From: a virus
Reading direction: 5' to 3' (one strand)
Virus record (IMG/VR): IMGVR_UViG_3300045988_104111
Coordinates: 18,282 to 82,281 of that record
Length of the DNA stretch: 64,000 bases
A program made the translations under genes and the position numbers. Positions within the stretch are counted from its first letter, which is position 1; the number at the start of each line of letters is the position of its first letter. Positions 27,162 to 34,482 of this stretch are shown piece by piece. The notes beneath the pieces are model-generated. The model was not told the origin of the DNA, did not search any database, and was given only the letters and a program-made list of their open reading frames with translations.

Positions 27162-27190
27162 AGTATAGCACCATAGCGGCGATTTGTCAA
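27162..27190 (-). promoter_or_regulatory. Sigma70-type promoter (TTGACA-17-TATACT)
   Basis: Minus strand reads cTTGACAaatcgccgctatggtgcTATACT. The -35 overlaps the stop of the upstream ORF. Confidence 0.65.
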
Positions 27191-27591
27191 GTATTATTTT
27201 TAATTTCTTTAATCAGCTCATCATACTTCCCATCAGACAAAATCTTTTCGGATTCTTCAATATTCTGTGAAAAATAGTAAATCGCTGAAATATCACAAGC
27301 TTTACTTTCCAACTTGCAGAGCGAGATGCACTTTTCAGCACAATGCCAATCAATAGAGATAATGTTCTGTAATGGATAAGCAGTTTCTCCCACCATAATA
27401 TAACCATCGTGCTTTACATCAATCATAATCCATTCAGGAACACTACATCTAATTGTATTTGGGTCAATATAAAAGTTATGTCTAAAGGAATGCTCCTCGC
27501 CATCTACGGTCTTAAATGTCGCGCCCCATTTTTCAACAATTACAAAATCAGTTGGCTTATATTTCTTTTCTCGTTTCTTAAATAATATCAT
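27187..27591 (-). CDS. Hypothetical protein
   Basis: ORF track. Confidence 0.55.
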   Translation of the reverse strand: MILFKKREKKYKPTDFVIVEKWGATFKTVDGEEHSFRHNFYIDPNTIRCSVPEWIMIDVKHDGYIMVGETAYPLQNIISIDWHCAEKCISLCKLESKACDISAIYYFSQNIEESEKILSDGKYDELIKEIKNNT

Positions 27592-27611
27592 ATATTCACC
27601 ACCATTCTCTT

Positions 27612-27653
27612 ATTTTAGAAAAATCCCTACAATCTTTCAACCATAGGGATTTT
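27612..27653 (-). terminator. Rho-independent terminator after the HU gene
   Basis: 10-bp stem AAAATCCCTA / TAGGGATTTT (27620-27629, 27644-27653), followed on the minus strand by a T-rich run. Confidence 0.6.
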
Positions 27654-27667
27654 AACAGGAGGATTAT

Positions 27668-27943
27668 TTACTCATTGATTTCTGCCTTTAGTGTGCTTGT
27701 CGGCTTAAACGTCAGAGCATACTTGGCAGGAACTTCAATGGTTTCACCAGTTTGTGGATTACGAGCCGTTCTTGCATCACGCAGCTTAGTTGTGAACTTG
27801 CCAAAGCCATGAATCACTACATCTTCATGCTGGATTAGGCTATGTCTGATATAATCAATAAACGTATCTACGATCTCGGTTGTGTCCTTGACCGTATTCT
27901 CTGTGCTGTCTGCTACAAACTTGATTAGTTCCTTTTTTGTCAT
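27668..27943 (-). CDS. HU-family histone-like DNA-binding protein
   Basis: 91 aa. GFGKFTTKLRDARTARNPQTGETIEVPAKYALTFKP is the canonical HU/IHF arm. Confidence 0.85.
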   Translation of the reverse strand: MTKKELIKFVADSTENTVKDTTEIVDTFIDYIRHSLIQHEDVVIHGFGKFTTKLRDARTARNPQTGETIEVPAKYALTFKPTSTLKAEINE

Positions 27944-28175
27944 TGTGATTATCCTTTCGCTTTAATTTCAATTTAATTTGACAAGTCGCAATGTTCATGC
28001 GCATATTGACTTGATAAGACGTACCGCCATGTTGTGCCGCATCAAGTAGCATACTGGTCGTTACGCCAGAGCCGCGATTTCCTACTACTACCTTCATATA
28101 TCCTCCTTATTCATACACTAATAATCAATAAATTTTCCTAAACCGTTTACCCTACAACTTATACTACTTAATCAA

Positions 28176-28424
28176 CTAATCTGAAAATTCTTCATTATTA
28201 GTCAATGATTTCTTTACCAGGCGAGCTAATTTGAGCCGTTCAGCCGCAGCTTGCTTTTGTTCTTCGGTCATTGAGCGGGTACGACCTGATTTGCCAAATC
28301 TCAAGTCGTAAAGCGGGCAAGACTTGATTGGACAATGCTTTACTTCATTCGTTGAATCTCCCGAACACTGCAAGCAATATTGTCGTATTCGTTTTAGCGG
28401 CGATGTTGAATCCATATTTAGCAC
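28176..28424 (-). CDS. Small zinc-binding hypothetical protein
   Basis: CLQC...CPIKSCP pattern, basic C-terminus. Confidence 0.5.
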   Translation of the reverse strand: MLNMDSTSPLKRIRQYCLQCSGDSTNEVKHCPIKSCPLYDLRFGKSGRTRSMTEEQKQAAAERLKLARLVKKSLTNNEEFSD

Positions 28425-28445
28425 TCCTTTAATTTTATTTTATCA

Positions 28446-28540
28446 TGGTACTCCCGCTCCGACTCGAACGGAGATCGTGCAGCAATCTACTACCTTATGC
28501 CGGGTATAAACCGGTTGTCCTACCATTGAACGACGGGAGC
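28446..28540 (-). tRNA. tRNA with long variable arm, anticodon loop UUUAUAC (anticodon UAU by standard numbering), encoded CCA
   Basis: The minus strand GCUCCCG-UC-GUUC-AAUGGUA-GGAC-A-ACCGG-UUUAUAC-CCGGC-(25-nt variable region)-CUCCG-UUCGAGU-CGGAG-CGGGAGU-A-CCA folds as follows. Acceptor stem of 7 bp with G1-U72. U8 present. GG in the D loop. TPsiC-type loop UUCGA. Confidence 0.7.
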
Positions 28541-28560
28541 ATATAAGGCGATTCAATCGC

Positions 28561-29109
28561 CTATTTATTATTTATTTTTAATGGCACTAATGATGGAATA
28601 AATCCACTACATGAATAATGCTTATATCCATCGTTATTTCTGTTTAACACACTAGAGAAATTTCCACTCCATATTTTATGTTCTCTTGCAAATTTTTTAG
28701 TTCCTTTATACTTTCCTAAAAAATTGAAGTCCATATCATATAAATAAAATTCTGTTCCGAATTTTTCAATGTTGCGTACCATGGACTTCTGCATCAAGTC
28801 ATTATATGTGTTGTTATATTGATGAGTACACCATTCAAGATTTTTATAATAACAGTTTTCTTTATTCTCATCTTTATGGTTAATAATTGGTAAATTATCA
28901 GGATTTGGGATAAATGCCATGGCAACTGCTCTATGAGCTGTCATTAGATATGGTTTGTGATCTTTCCTAAGATTGTAGATTTTATATCCGTCTTTATGAT
29001 ATGACCACTTTAATTTTTTATGGGTATATTCGCTCCAAATATCGCCCCACTGATTGACCTTATACAAACCCTCAAATCCAACTACATCTTTCCAAATTTC
29101 TTGTTCCAT
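28561..29109 (-). CDS. HNH homing-endonuclease-like protein (NUMOD4 + HNH_3 type, free-standing)
   Basis: N-terminus EIWKDVVGFEGLYKVNQWGDIWS, followed by INHKDENKENCYYKNLEWCTHQYN. Confidence 0.75.
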   Translation of the reverse strand: MEQEIWKDVVGFEGLYKVNQWGDIWSEYTHKKLKWSYHKDGYKIYNLRKDHKPYLMTAHRAVAMAFIPNPDNLPIINHKDENKENCYYKNLEWCTHQYNNTYNDLMQKSMVRNIEKFGTEFYLYDMDFNFLGKYKGTKKFAREHKIWSGNFSSVLNRNNDGYKHYSCSGFIPSLVPLKINNK

Positions 29110-29309
29110 TCTTTGATCTTCCTTTCAAGATTTAATTTATATAAAAGGCTTGACGGAAAGGCATCATTATCTCAACAGTTAATTACTCTGTTGCTACCCT
29201 TTTATTCTTTTTTATTTGAGCCTTTTATCGTCATGCTCAGGACTATATTCTAGGAGGTTCACAATGAAGAACTGTAATTGAGATTACCCAATCTCTCAAC
29301 CACATCTGT

Positions 29310-29338
29310 ATTATATCATAAGAAATACTGTTTGTCAA
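29310..29338 (-). promoter_or_regulatory. Sigma70-type promoter (TTGACA-17-TATAAT, extended TG)
   Basis: Minus strand reads cTTGACAaacagtatttcttaTGaTATAAT. It is followed by a leader of about 190 nt before the HNH ATG. Confidence 0.7.
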
Positions 29339-29496
29339 GAACAAATTTTATTCATTTCAATAAAATTTTCACAAGCCCAACCATTGAGGACGGGGATTTC
29401 ATCACAGCTATATCCCCACAATCCAGTTTCACGGTTATAGCAATCTACATGGCAAATGAAATCGCCAATTTTGAAACAGGTATCAAGTATAATCAT
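29335..29496 (-). CDS. Small Cys-rich hypothetical protein
   Basis: ATG at 29496 is preceded by aatGGAGata. Translation MIILDTCFKIGDFICHVDCYNRETGLWGYSCDEIPVLNGWACENF.... Below the ORF-track cutoff. Confidence 0.4.
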   Translation of the reverse strand: MIILDTCFKIGDFICHVDCYNRETGLWGYSCDEIPVLNGWACENFIEMNKICS

Positions 29497-29520
29497 TATC
29501 TCCATTTATTTGATAGTTGG

Positions 29521-29549
29521 ATTATACCATATAAAATTTTATTTGTCAA
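29521..29549 (-). promoter_or_regulatory. Sigma70-type promoter (TTGACA-17-TATAAT, extended TG)
   Basis: Minus strand reads cTTGACAaataaaattttataTGgTATAAT. Confidence 0.7.
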
Positions 29550-29959
29550 GCATCTTTTTCAAATTTATTTTTAATATCCGTCCATCTTTTTATCTGGTCA
29601 TCTACACGCACCCATTCACCATAATGTATATCTGGGTCAAAATACCATAGTCCATAATAGTTTGGATTTTTCTCATCTTCAATAGAGCGAAATGGATTTC
29701 CATAGCCTTGATACTTAAATAAATCTTTAATAAATGTCACATCGCTATCATTTCCAACTATAAACGCCGCCATATAACCAACATCAAATCTGTTAATATA
29801 GATAAGCTCAGCACCATCTTTTCCATAAAACCCCAACGTACTATTATTCTGTTTCTTTACATTATTGTACCGGCACTGAAATTCATGGAGATGTGCCTCA
29901 TACTCATCATCAAATTCTGCGCCGCAATATTCACATTTGTAAATCGTTGTTTCAATCAT
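29546..29959 (-). CDS. Hypothetical protein with N-terminal C2H2-like zinc finger
   Basis: YKCEYCGAEFDDEYEAHLHEFQC. Confidence 0.55.
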   Translation of the reverse strand: MIETTIYKCEYCGAEFDDEYEAHLHEFQCRYNNVKKQNNSTLGFYGKDGAELIYINRFDVGYMAAFIVGNDSDVTFIKDLFKYQGYGNPFRSIEDEKNPNYYGLWYFDPDIHYGEWVRVDDQIKRWTDIKNKFEKDA

Positions 29960-30136
29960 TCAAACAGCTCCTCCATTTCTCTAACATGATATTGTCTATT
30001 TTTCAAATCGTCCACCCTAGTTCTAGCCAATTCCCAATTTGAACCAGCAAAGCCGCTTTTCATCACATCAGCTATAATCTGCTCGTCTTTATATTTGCGC
30101 CGTTCGAGCCGTAAATCATGTAGCAGCTTATATATC

Positions 30137-30466
30137 TTATACCCATTGCAGCTTATATTTAACCCATGTCACCCTTGCTACAAGCTGGTCATGCAGGTCA
30201 CAGAATGAGCCAATTTGTTCCAATGCTGAATCGTAATTCGCTAATTCCGAATTGTCAAATCCGTTAAAATCGACGGTTTTAGATGGTACATCAATCTGCT
30301 GTACAAAATATCCAAGATTGCGCATTTGCTTTGGCAGATTGGCAAGCGCATTATCAGCTTTGGTCTTATCATTGAATTGAAATGATTCAACTAATTCAGA
30401 TGTTGGAATCCATTGTCCAATAGTATTGTGCATGAGATAGTATTTTTGATTATAGAGTATATACAT
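30137..30466 (-). CDS. Hypothetical protein
   Basis: ORF track. Confidence 0.5.
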   Translation of the reverse strand: MYILYNQKYYLMHNTIGQWIPTSELVESFQFNDKTKADNALANLPKQMRNLGYFVQQIDVPSKTVDFNGFDNSELANYDSALEQIGSFCDLHDQLVARVTWVKYKLQWV

Positions 30467-30469
30467 TAT

Positions 30470-30856
30470 CTATCGTTTCTTTCTTTTCAATTTGCGGCGA
30501 TCGAATAAAATCCATTTTAATTTATCGCATGATTCGTACCACCATTTCTTAAAATCTTTTGCCCATGCGCTATCTTCATAATATATTTTAGTTGGCATCG
30601 GTTTTGTTTCTACGGTTTTCATTGGATTTTCCATGCGATTGCCAATTTTATCTTCTTTAGGCGGTTCTATAACGTATTTACCATTCTCATTCAATCTTAC
30701 ATTTGGAATGTCAGTATATAACCAACTAACATCTGAACCATCATTATTTAGCATGCGTTTCTTGAACAGAACGTGGAAATTACCATCAAGTTGCTTCTCT
30801 ACAACTGCACATTCTTCATCGATTGACTTTAGATATTCAAATAAATTGTTCTTCAT
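30470..30856 (-). CDS. Hypothetical protein
   Basis: ORF track. ATG is preceded by GGTGGAGGattctgata and the promoter at 30893-30921. Confidence 0.55.
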   Translation of the reverse strand: MKNNLFEYLKSIDEECAVVEKQLDGNFHVLFKKRMLNNDGSDVSWLYTDIPNVRLNENGKYVIEPPKEDKIGNRMENPMKTVETKPMPTKIYYEDSAWAKDFKKWWYESCDKLKWILFDRRKLKRKKR

Positions 30857-30892
30857 TATCAGAATCCTCCACCTTTTCTATTTCATGGTTCA

Positions 30893-30921
30893 ATTATACC
30901 ATGTTTATTTACATTTGTCAA
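30893..30921 (-). promoter_or_regulatory. Sigma70-type promoter (TTGACA-17-TATAAT, extended TG)
   Basis: Minus strand reads cTTGACAaatgtaaataaacaTGgTATAAT. Confidence 0.7.
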
Positions 30922-30929
30922 GTACAATT

Positions 30930-31420
30930 TTCAATTTTCATTCCACGATTGTAAATATCGATTCCGATTTTAGAATTTCATTTTCCACATATACTTACAA
31001 TCTCGCAAATCAATTTTCATTTTCCAACTCGTGCATATATAGATATCTATATACATACACATATACAATAACAATAATCATTATCATTTTTTATCTGCAT
31101 ATACATTTACATATTCATATGCAGATACATCTACATCATCATGCATATAAATGATGTAGATAGATTGATTGATGAATAGATTTACACATATATAGATACA
31201 TATATACTAATATTACATATTATATTAGCATCAAAGTCAATATGTCTATATATCCATCAGTACATTTATTCACACATTCACATTTTTCATATGAATATAT
31301 GTGAACATTCACACATTTTTCCAACGAGTTTATGTATTGATTTGCTACTTTTCTATATAGATATATACTATTAACATCAATCTATTGCATACGCACATTA
31401 TCTTGTATGGATATAATGCT
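30930..31420. repeat. AT-rich non-coding region dense in short inverted and direct repeats
   Basis: Examples: a 10-bp IR ATCTGCATAT/ATATGCAGAT (31093-31102 / 31117-31126); an 11-bp IR ATCTACATCAT/ATGATGTAGAT (31129-31139 / 31151-31161); and repeated ATTCACACATT units around 31265-31320. No credible ORF. Confidence 0.6.
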
Positions 31421-31661
31421 TGGTTGTCAATTATGACATGATCACCACAATTAGCCGTGTCGCATCACCTGCGCCTTACTATGCAGATTTTAGCACAATA
31501 ACATATACCTACTATCATCGGCGCAAAAAGCCCGCTATGAGCAACACAGATGCCGTCACGTCCACGCGATTATTATGTACACACTATATTGCCCGAGAAA
31601 ACAATCGTCGCTTAACACGGACACGCAGACATGAAAAATAGGCGTTGATTTGAGCCGCCGC

Positions 31662-31703
31662 GATATTATATATAGTATATATGGCGGGTAAAATTGTAAG
31701 AAT
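31662..31703 (+). repeat. Left copy of an imperfect direct repeat bracketing the higher-GC cassette
   Basis: GATATTATATATAGTATATATGGCGGGTAAAATTGTAAGAAT, compared with 33397-33450 GATATTATATATATTATAGTATATAATAGCTGGATAACGGTAAAATGCTACAAT. Confidence 0.5.
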
Positions 31704-31910
31704 CTTAACACGCACACGCAAGAATACGACGCTGTCAATTTTGACATCAAATTGGGCATATGGAACAGATGTTCGATATACAGTTAGCATATGCTAACCT
31801 ATTTACTTTACTTGGGTAAAGTTTTTCAAAAAGTTGGAAATTGTGCAGATTGTACAATTTGGCTAAAATGATATCCGGCAACGAAGCCCTCCGGCAGCTG
31901 TCCAAAACTG

Positions 31911-31991
31911 GAACCCGACCCGGAGAAAAAACCCTTCGCCATCGTCATGCCGCCCCCCAACGTCACCGGCCAATTGCACATGGGCCACGCC
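31911..31991 (+). pseudogene. valS: Fragment of a valyl-tRNA synthetase 5' region (HIGH-motif segment only)
   Basis: The frame reads [27 protein letters not shown], then diverges and stops at 32014-32016. PPPNVTGxLHMGHA is the class I ValRS signature. Local GC is much higher than the phage background. Confidence 0.7.
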
Positions 31992-32153
31992 CAATCAGAA
32001 GCGCCAAATCTCAGGCCGTCTACGTGAGACGTGTGGGGGCTGTTTGGTGGGATCTACTCTTTTTATCCTGCCGAAAAAATAATACCCCACTGAGACGGCA
32101 TACAATCCCCTACAAGGCGCGAACTATACCGGGACTATAGATATATAGGCAAG

Positions 32154-32184
32154 CAAAAAAACCCGCCAGCAGACCGCCAGCGGG
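32154..32184 (-). terminator. Rho-independent terminator of the higher-GC cassette
   Basis: Minus strand CCCGCtggcggtctgctgGCGGG followed by TTTTTTTT. Confidence 0.55.
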
Positions 32185-32205
32185 CTTGTAAAGCATGACT
32201 CTTTT

Positions 32206-32394
32206 TTAAATTTCCATCTGCGCAAAGTTCGACATCTCGGCAGCCATACAAGCCGGAGTACTTGCATATTTTTGCATCCATTTATCAAAATTCCATTCAA
32301 GATAGTTTTCAAGATTTTGTAAATTTTCTGTATTGCTTGCAAGCTCACGGATTGCATTACAAAATTGAGCAGCTTCAAAGGTGTATTTTTGCAT
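32206..32394 (-). CDS. Hypothetical protein (higher-GC cassette)
   Basis: ATG at 32394 is preceded by AGGAAGGAGtaaaattatt. Translation MQKYTFEAAQFCNAIRELASNTENLQNLENYLEW.... Confidence 0.55.
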   Translation of the reverse strand: MQKYTFEAAQFCNAIRELASNTENLQNLENYLEWNFDKWMQKYASTPACMAAEMSNFAQMEI

Positions 32395-32417
32395 AATAAT
32401 TTTACTCCTTCCTATTC

Positions 32418-32546
32418 TCACGCCTTCAGCCCTAAAAAAATCTCCATTAAATACGGGATCCAGAAAAAACTGGAAATTGCTACAATGCAAAGTAAATATT
32501 GCAAAACCCAGTAAATGTGATTCAAACGACGATTGTATTTTTTCAT
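32418..32546 (-). CDS. 42-aa hydrophobic peptide (higher-GC cassette)
   Basis: MKKYNRRLNHIYWVLQYLLCIVAISSFFWIPYLMEIFLGLKA. A basic N-terminus followed by one TM-like segment. Below the ORF-track cutoff. Confidence 0.4.
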   Translation of the reverse strand: MKKYNRRLNHIYWVLQYLLCIVAISSFFWIPYLMEIFLGLKA

Positions 32547-32549
32547 TGT

Positions 32550-32765
32550 TCAAGCCTCTATCATTTTCACGGCGACGCAAAGAGCTTCTGCCGGGATATT
32601 AGCGGCATTATATGCCACTTCAATTTCTGCATCGCTTGCATTTTCTGGAAGCGTGATTTTTGCCACTTCTTTCCATTCATATCGGTTACGCGCGTCGATA
32701 ATTCTTCCAGCTTTTTCCATAGGAATTGCATAAACTCTTTCGATATTGTACATAATTTTTACCAT
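32550..32765 (-). CDS. Hypothetical protein (higher-GC cassette)
   Basis: ORF track. Confidence 0.5.
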   Translation of the reverse strand: MVKIMYNIERVYAIPMEKAGRIIDARNRYEWKEVAKITLPENASDAEIEVAYNAANIPAEALCVAVKMIEA

Positions 32766-32836
32766 CCTTTTTTAATAAAATGTTATGGGAATAGGGCTTT
32801 TTGAACGGAAACCCTCTAGAAACCGCGCGGAAATGT

Positions 32837-33082
32837 TTAATCTTCTCCATCCTGCTCTTTCATAATATCTTCAAAAGAATCATATCCCAACCACTCCGCA
32901 ATCGTATCTTCTTCAAACCAGAAAAAATCATTAATTGCAGTTTCGTCCATTCCTTCCGGGTAGCATTCTTCTAATATTGACTCGATTTGATCGAGTTCGC
33001 AAGGTGTCAAATATTTTATAGTATCTTTGGCACCGCTCCAAAATTCAAAATCGCGCAAGCTTTTTTCAGTGTAAATTTTCAT
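32837..33082 (-). CDS. Small acidic hypothetical protein (higher-GC cassette)
   Basis: ORF track. ATG is preceded by cAGGAGGaaacaaa. Very acidic (ECYPEGMDETAINDFFWFEEDTIAEW...). Confidence 0.55.
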   Translation of the reverse strand: MKIYTEKSLRDFEFWSGAKDTIKYLTPCELDQIESILEECYPEGMDETAINDFFWFEEDTIAEWLGYDSFEDIMKEQDGED

Positions 33083-33304
33083 TTTGTTTCCTCCTGTTTT
33101 ATTTATTTTTTATAGCTTGGCGGGATTGCTCCCGCCTTGCTTTTTACTTGTGTTCGTCCACCCATTCCCGCGCGGCTTTTTCTGTTTCTACCTCTGTTAA
33201 AATTTTGCCGCTTGCGTCTCGGATATAATAGACGCTCTCGGATTCCTGAATCAAGAATCCTTTATACTGTTCTTCCGTGGTGTTCACCTCCCTTGCATGG
33301 TCAT

Positions 33305-33333
33305 ATGATACAGCATAACGCCGGAAAAGTCAA
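33305..33333 (-). promoter_or_regulatory. Sigma70-type promoter of the higher-GC cassette (TTGACT-17-TATCAT)
   Basis: Minus strand reads TTGACTtttccggcgttatgctgTATCAT. Its sequence flavour differs from the phage TTGACAA...TATAAT set. Confidence 0.5.
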
Positions 33334-33396
33334 CCCATTCATTACAAAAATATTGCACAAAAAAGCGCGGCTGATTTTATGCAAATTGACGAAGCG

Positions 33397-33450
33397 GATA
33401 TTATATATATTATAGTATATAATAGCTGGATAACGGTAAAATGCTACAAT
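33397..33450 (+). repeat. Right copy of the imperfect direct repeat bracketing the higher-GC cassette
   Basis: See 31662-31703. Confidence 0.5.
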
Positions 33451-34353
33451 GCCGCTGTGAGGCGCTTAGAGCCGTTTTAAGCGGTTTTTGAGTTAAGACG
33501 TGTTTTTATATGTCCGGCTTTTTTATTCCGTTATACGCTTTTCATACAGTTTGATTATTCACTGTTTTGATGGCAAATAGATATGTTATACGCTTGAAAA
33601 GTTAGAATATTCTAGATAGCGCTAGTTATTGTATAGTTATACTGTGTATATGCGGCATGAATATGAATATCTATAATATCAATTATGATTCCCATTATAT
33701 AATCGGTATATATATATCTATATATATATAAGATTGTATCGAGTATAATAGTTACAATATAGTTACAATGTGTAACAGGATCATGTCAATATTGTACGGC
33801 ATATTATATTTTATAATTGTAAATTTCTAATTCCAATTATAAAATCCTATTATATTATATAGGCAGGTATAGCATGGATGATATGCGAACGTTTGTTCTG
33901 TTAGTAGTTGTTATAGTGGATGGGATGGTTGGTTGAGATGGTTAACAAGTGTTATACAAAAAAGCGCATAATGTGTAATATGTAGCATACTACATATTTT
34001 TTGCTAGTAAAATCATGGGACAAAAATGGGTCATCATGGCAATTTCCCATAGCTGGCCAGGCAAAAATAAGAATCATTTCTATTTTAGTCCATATCAGTG
34101 GAAAAGTGCTATTTTCGGGTGTTTTTGAGATGATAACATTTCTCAGGACGGGGGCTTGGATCTGGACAGAAGAAATTGAAATGGATGAAAATGGCATTTA
34201 GCACAACAAACCACACACCATGTAATCACATTATAAATTCATACAACACACACATCATTATTTACAACTTGTAACGCCATATATTTTAGCAAATCACATA
34301 CTATGCAATATTTTAATAATTTACAATTTGTTAACAAATAACAAATAAAAATA
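33451..34353. repeat. AT-rich non-coding region with short tandem and inverted repeats
   Basis: One example is the tandem TAGTTACAAT at 33749-33758 and 33760-33769. There are many TATA-rich runs. The ORFs listed here (33952-34197, 34001-34201) are low-complexity and mutually antisense. Confidence 0.5.
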
Positions 34354-34362
34354 TGGTATAAT
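34354..34362 (+). promoter_or_regulatory. Extended -10 promoter (TGgTATAAT) for the lone plus-strand gene
   Basis: atatgGTATAAT at 34354-34362. No good -35. About 120 nt upstream of the ATG at 34483. Confidence 0.45.
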
Positions 34363-34482
34363 TAGATAATGATAAAAAAGTTGTACAATCGGTGATACTA
34401 ATATAATACGTTAGTATTATTATAGTGTCACGCAATGTACAAAAATTTTACCTCAAGGTACAAAAATAGGAAGGAAGAAAAT

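Noticed and set aside
27855-28097. 80-aa ORF beginning MKVVVGNRGSGVTTS (P-loop-like)
   Set aside because: It overlaps the HU gene by about 90 nt in another frame, and the rest of the translation is low-complexity. At most it is a short remnant or a ~50-aa peptide.
31841-32140. 99-aa plus-strand ORF in the ORF track
   Set aside because: It is an out-of-frame read across the valS fragment and GC-rich filler (Arg/Pro/His-rich nonsense). It has no SD. The ValRS signature lies in a different frame.
30930-34353. Possible CRISPR array in the repeat-rich AT-rich blocks
   Set aside because: The repeats are short (7-18 bp), irregularly spaced, and mostly inverted or degenerate. There is no constant repeat-spacer periodicity and no cas genes.
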